Assembly: GCA_963822445.1 (NCBI GenBank)
Contig: CAWGHO010000001.1
Location: 864,001-928,000 of the forward strand
From: an uncultured Acidobacteriota bacterium
GTDB lineage: Bacteria; Acidobacteriota; Thermoanaerobaculia; Gp7-AA8
Direction of reading: 5' to 3'
DNA: 64,000 nucleotides
A model generated the notes under the pieces. The model did not search any database, was not told where the DNA came from, and worked only from the letters and a program-made list of their open reading frames with translations. The stretch's first letter is position 1. Each line of letters begins with the position of its first letter. This document shows, piece by piece, positions 61,310 to 64,000 of this stretch. The position numbers were made by a program, and so were the translations under genes.

Positions 61310-61929
61310 GCGTTCTGAACATCGCCGGTCCGGAGTACGACTTCGGAAGCGTCGTCTTCGTCATCCTGGGCGAATGCGAGCATCGCCGCCGCGGATTCGA
61401 GGATGACGAGCTCGAATTCCGGTTGATGGAGGCGGCCAAGGCGAAGTTGAAGAAGATCAAAGCCGCGTACGACGAGTTCGGCGGCTCGGCCGCCTACTGG
61501 ACGGCGCTGCAGAAGGAAGTGCTGGAAACGGCCATGCCCCAGTACATCAACGCGGCGAAGAAGATGAACGCGCTCGAGCGCAATTCATTCGGGGTCTGGC
61601 GCGACGGCGATCCCGCTGCGCGCACAGCATTCGGCCTCGGCGGCCTGGTCGTCGGTGGCGTTCTGAAGGTGCTTCCCCTCATCGCCACGATCGAGAACAT
61701 GTTCGCGCTGGCGCTGGCCGTGGCCGGATTTCTCTATCCCGACCTCAAGCGCTACACGCACGAACGGCGGCATGTGAAAACGCTCAATCGCCTGGTCAAT
61801 GAGGCGGCGGCGTACCAGCAGAATGCGCGGCTGCATTACATGACCACGACGGACATCCGCGAGTCGTTTCACATCGGCGAACCGTCCAGCGAGACCGTGG
61901 CGGAGGAACGAACGGAGGTCGCGGAGTAA
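61306..61929 (+). CDS. membrane protein with two TM segments
   Basis: ATGA overlap; MSVLNIAGPEY..., TMs FGLGGLVVGGVL and MFALALAVAGFLYP. Confidence 0.75.
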   Translation: MSVLNIAGPEYDFGSVVFVILGECEHRRRGFEDDELEFRLMEAAKAKLKKIKAAYDEFGGSAAYWTALQKEVLETAMPQYINAAKKMNALERNSFGVWRDGDPAARTAFGLGGLVVGGVLKVLPLIATIENMFALALAVAGFLYPDLKRYTHERRHVKTLNRLVNEAAAYQQNARLHYMTTTDIRESFHIGEPSSETVAEERTEVAE

Positions 61930-62270
61930 TGCCTCCTGTCATCACCTGGTTCAAGGTCTACGCGGCGGCGATGGCGGTGCTCTACCTCTTCGTCATCGCC
62001 CTCGGCGGGCTGTTCCTCATCAATCCTGAATGGCTGGAAGAGGAGTCGTTCGAAGCGCGGATGATGGGCGTCATCTGCGTGGGGATGGGCATTCCTCTGG
62101 CGGTGATTTTCGCGGCGGCGCTCTTCCTCCCGCGACGCCCGTGGGTCTGGATCTACGACCTCGTGCTGATCGCGATCGGCTTCATGAGCTGTTGCATCCT
62201 GCCGTTTTCGGTGGCGCTGCTGATTTTCTGGCTGAAGCCCGAGGTGAAGGCCCACTTCAACCGGGTTTGA
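61929..62270 (+). CDS. small multi-TM membrane protein
   Basis: TAATG overlap; hydrophobic; RRPWVW, WLKPEVKAHF. Confidence 0.78.
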   Translation: MPPVITWFKVYAAAMAVLYLFVIALGGLFLINPEWLEEESFEARMMGVICVGMGIPLAVIFAAALFLPRRPWVWIYDLVLIAIGFMSCCILPFSVALLIFWLKPEVKAHFNRV

Positions 62271-62856
62271 TGAGCGGCGCCGCCTCGGCGCACATCGGAC
62301 AATCCTCCGGCGGCCAGACCTGAAACTCCCGACGGGCCACGGCTTCGACAGGCACACCGAGTTGCGCGAACAGATCCGCGCCGCGATTGCCGAGAACCAT
62401 CAGCGCGCCGGTGACCAGGGTCGACGCGCCGTGACGCTGCAATTCGCGGTGAGTGCCCATGGCCGCCGAGCCTGCGCTCATCACGTCATCGACGATGGCG
62501 ACTTTGCGCGAGCGGACCCGCTCGATGAAGGCCTTCGGCAACGGGTACTGAACGGAATACAAACCGTTAGCATCGGCGGGCACCTGCCGTTCGGTATACG
62601 CGAATTCGCGGTTCAGTGTCGCGGCCACAGCGTGCGCGAGAAACGCGCCACCCACGAGCGGACCGCAAATCACATCGACGTCGTACGGCCAGATCGCGTC
62701 CGCCAGCCGCTCGATCAACGGCTGCACGCGCGAGGGCTCTGCGAAGAGCGTGTCCAGGTCGAGCCACAGCGCGCTGTGATGCCCCGATTCGAGCTGAAAG
62801 TGGCCATTGCGGGCCGATACGAGCTCGAAGAACGTCGCGGCGAGGTCATCGGCCAT
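62257..62856 (-). CDS. pyrE: orotate phosphoribosyltransferase-like PRTase
   Basis: GHFQLESGHHS, GPLVGGAF, AIVDDVMSAGS PRPP motif, C-terminal CPMC..KPG. Confidence 0.7.
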   Translation of the reverse strand: MADDLAATFFELVSARNGHFQLESGHHSALWLDLDTLFAEPSRVQPLIERLADAIWPYDVDVICGPLVGGAFLAHAVAATLNREFAYTERQVPADANGLYSVQYPLPKAFIERVRSRKVAIVDDVMSAGSAAMGTHRELQRHGASTLVTGALMVLGNRGADLFAQLGVPVEAVARREFQVWPPEDCPMCAEAAPLIKPG

Positions 62857-62885
62857 GGCGAGGCGGAAGCTTACAATTGCCGGTC

Positions 62886-63500
62886 ATGAAACGACTCGCT
62901 GCCGTCCTCCTCGCCGCTTCGCTCCTCGCACTCTCGCTTTCGGCCGCGGACAAGTCGCGCAAGGTGCTACTGAACGGCAAGGTCTTCACCGAGATCCACT
63001 ACGTCGACGGCATTCTGGTCGTGCCGATGAACCAGCTCTCCAAAGCGGCCGGCGGCACGTTCCGCATGCACCACGGCGAGATCCTGGCGACCCTCACGCC
63101 ACCGGCGGACGCCGTCATCGGCGAAAAAATCATCGGCGAAAAAGGCAGCAAGCCGGCTCAGGGAACGGAAGAGATCATCGGTGAAGAAGGAAGTCAGGCC
63201 GGATCCGCGGCGCGGAAAGCGCTCAAGCCCGCGCCGAAAGGCGCCGGCACCGTCGAACAGGTCCGCGTGATCTCCGCACAACACATCGAGCTCATCACCC
63301 CGGTCGTGAAAATCCGCCGCGAAGGCGCGCTGTCGTCGAAAATGATGATGCGCGACGACACGATTTACGTGCCCCTCACCGACGTCATGAAGGCGCTCGG
63401 CGCGACGTACGAAGTCCCGCCGTCGAAGCTCGCCCCGACCGCCGACGTGCGCATCATCGTGAAAGCCCCCTGCGAGAAGTGCATTCTCGGCATCCGGTGA
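62886..63500 (+). CDS. secreted hypothetical protein
   Basis: Signal peptide MKRLAAVLLAASLLALSLSA; ILVVPM / IYVPLTDVMKALGA segments; [IV]IGE repeats. Confidence 0.7.
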   Translation: MKRLAAVLLAASLLALSLSAADKSRKVLLNGKVFTEIHYVDGILVVPMNQLSKAAGGTFRMHHGEILATLTPPADAVIGEKIIGEKGSKPAQGTEEIIGEEGSQAGSAARKALKPAPKGAGTVEQVRVISAQHIELITPVVKIRREGALSSKMMMRDDTIYVPLTDVMKALGATYEVPPSKLAPTADVRIIVKAPCEKCILGIR

Positions 63501-63519
63501 TGTCGTACCATCCCCGGCC

Positions 63520-64000
63520 ATGGCTGAGTCCGGACGGCGCATCGCTCTTCACACGAAAATCCTGATCGGTCTCATCCTCGGCGCGCTCGCCGGTGGAACG
63601 CTCAACAGCATTTTCGGCGCCGCGTCGCCGCAGCTCATCTTCGTCACCGACAACATCACCAACCCCGTCGGCCAGCTCTTCCTGCGGCTGCTCCTGCTGC
63701 TCGTCGTGCCGCTGGTCTTCTCCAGCCTCGTGATCGGCGTGGCCGGACTCGGCGATCTTCGCCGCATCGGCCGCATCGGTGTGAAGTCGCTCGTCTACAC
63801 GATCATCATCTCCGCGATCAGCGTCGTCATCGGACTGGTGCTGGCGAACACGATCAAGCCCGGCAAGCGCGTCGATCCCGCGGTCAGCGCAAGCCTCGCC
63901 GCGCAGTACAGCCAGGACGCGACGAAGCGGGTGGAGAGTGCCGTCGGCGGTGCGCAGTCGGACGACGCGCCGCTGCTCAAAGTCGTGAAGACGATCGTGC
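63520..64000 (+). CDS. dicarboxylate/amino acid:cation symporter (DAACS), 3' truncated by window
   Basis: LHTKILIGLILG, PVGQLFLRLL..VVPLVFSSL..GDLRRIGRIG, LANTIKPG. Confidence 0.9.
   Translation, partial: MAESGRRIALHTKILIGLILGALAGGTLNSIFGAASPQLIFVTDNITNPVGQLFLRLLLLLVVPLVFSSLVIGVAGLGDLRRIGRIGVKSLVYTIIISAISVVIGLVLANTIKPGKRVDPAVSASLAAQYSQDATKRVESAVGGAQSDDAPLLKVVKTIV

Noticed and set aside
60670-61929. SPFH-membrane protein fusion ORF
   Set aside because: A frameshift near 60915 joins two genes; an ATGA overlap at 61306-61309 marks the real boundary.

Overview
GC-rich bacterial chromosomal segment. Gene content and protein style suggest Acidobacteriota, possibly Thermoanaerobaculia; this is inference from sequence only. 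It is mostly housekeeping: a sugar-nucleotide operon (DegT-type aminotransferase, rhomboid, epimerase, rfbA), tyrS, a complete his operon, a sigma54 response regulator, accBC/aroK, pilMNOPQ with accessory lipoprotein/TPR/Roadblock genes, rpmB, rel, sdhCAB, an ABC exporter with a two-component system, ahcY and an SPFH pair. I saw no tRNA, rRNA, transposase, integrase, cas gene or true CRISPR array. Several blocks carry clustered single-base frameshifts in core genes, most likely consensus errors. Most notable: (1) three or four families of small palindromic elements, one inserted in frame in hisH and others supplying stop codons, a C-terminal tail or an RBS; one family has a fixed 4+4 octamer/heptamer arm design; (2) a full His-leader attenuator; (3) a HisA-HisF fusion; (4) an FN3 plus triple-repeat C-terminal module shared by two proteins; (5) a secreted tail-fibre-like protein paired with a subtilase; (6) many -10 boxes a few bases before start codons, two of them bidirectional; (7) a basic GPGRPP-repeat candidate nucleoid protein.
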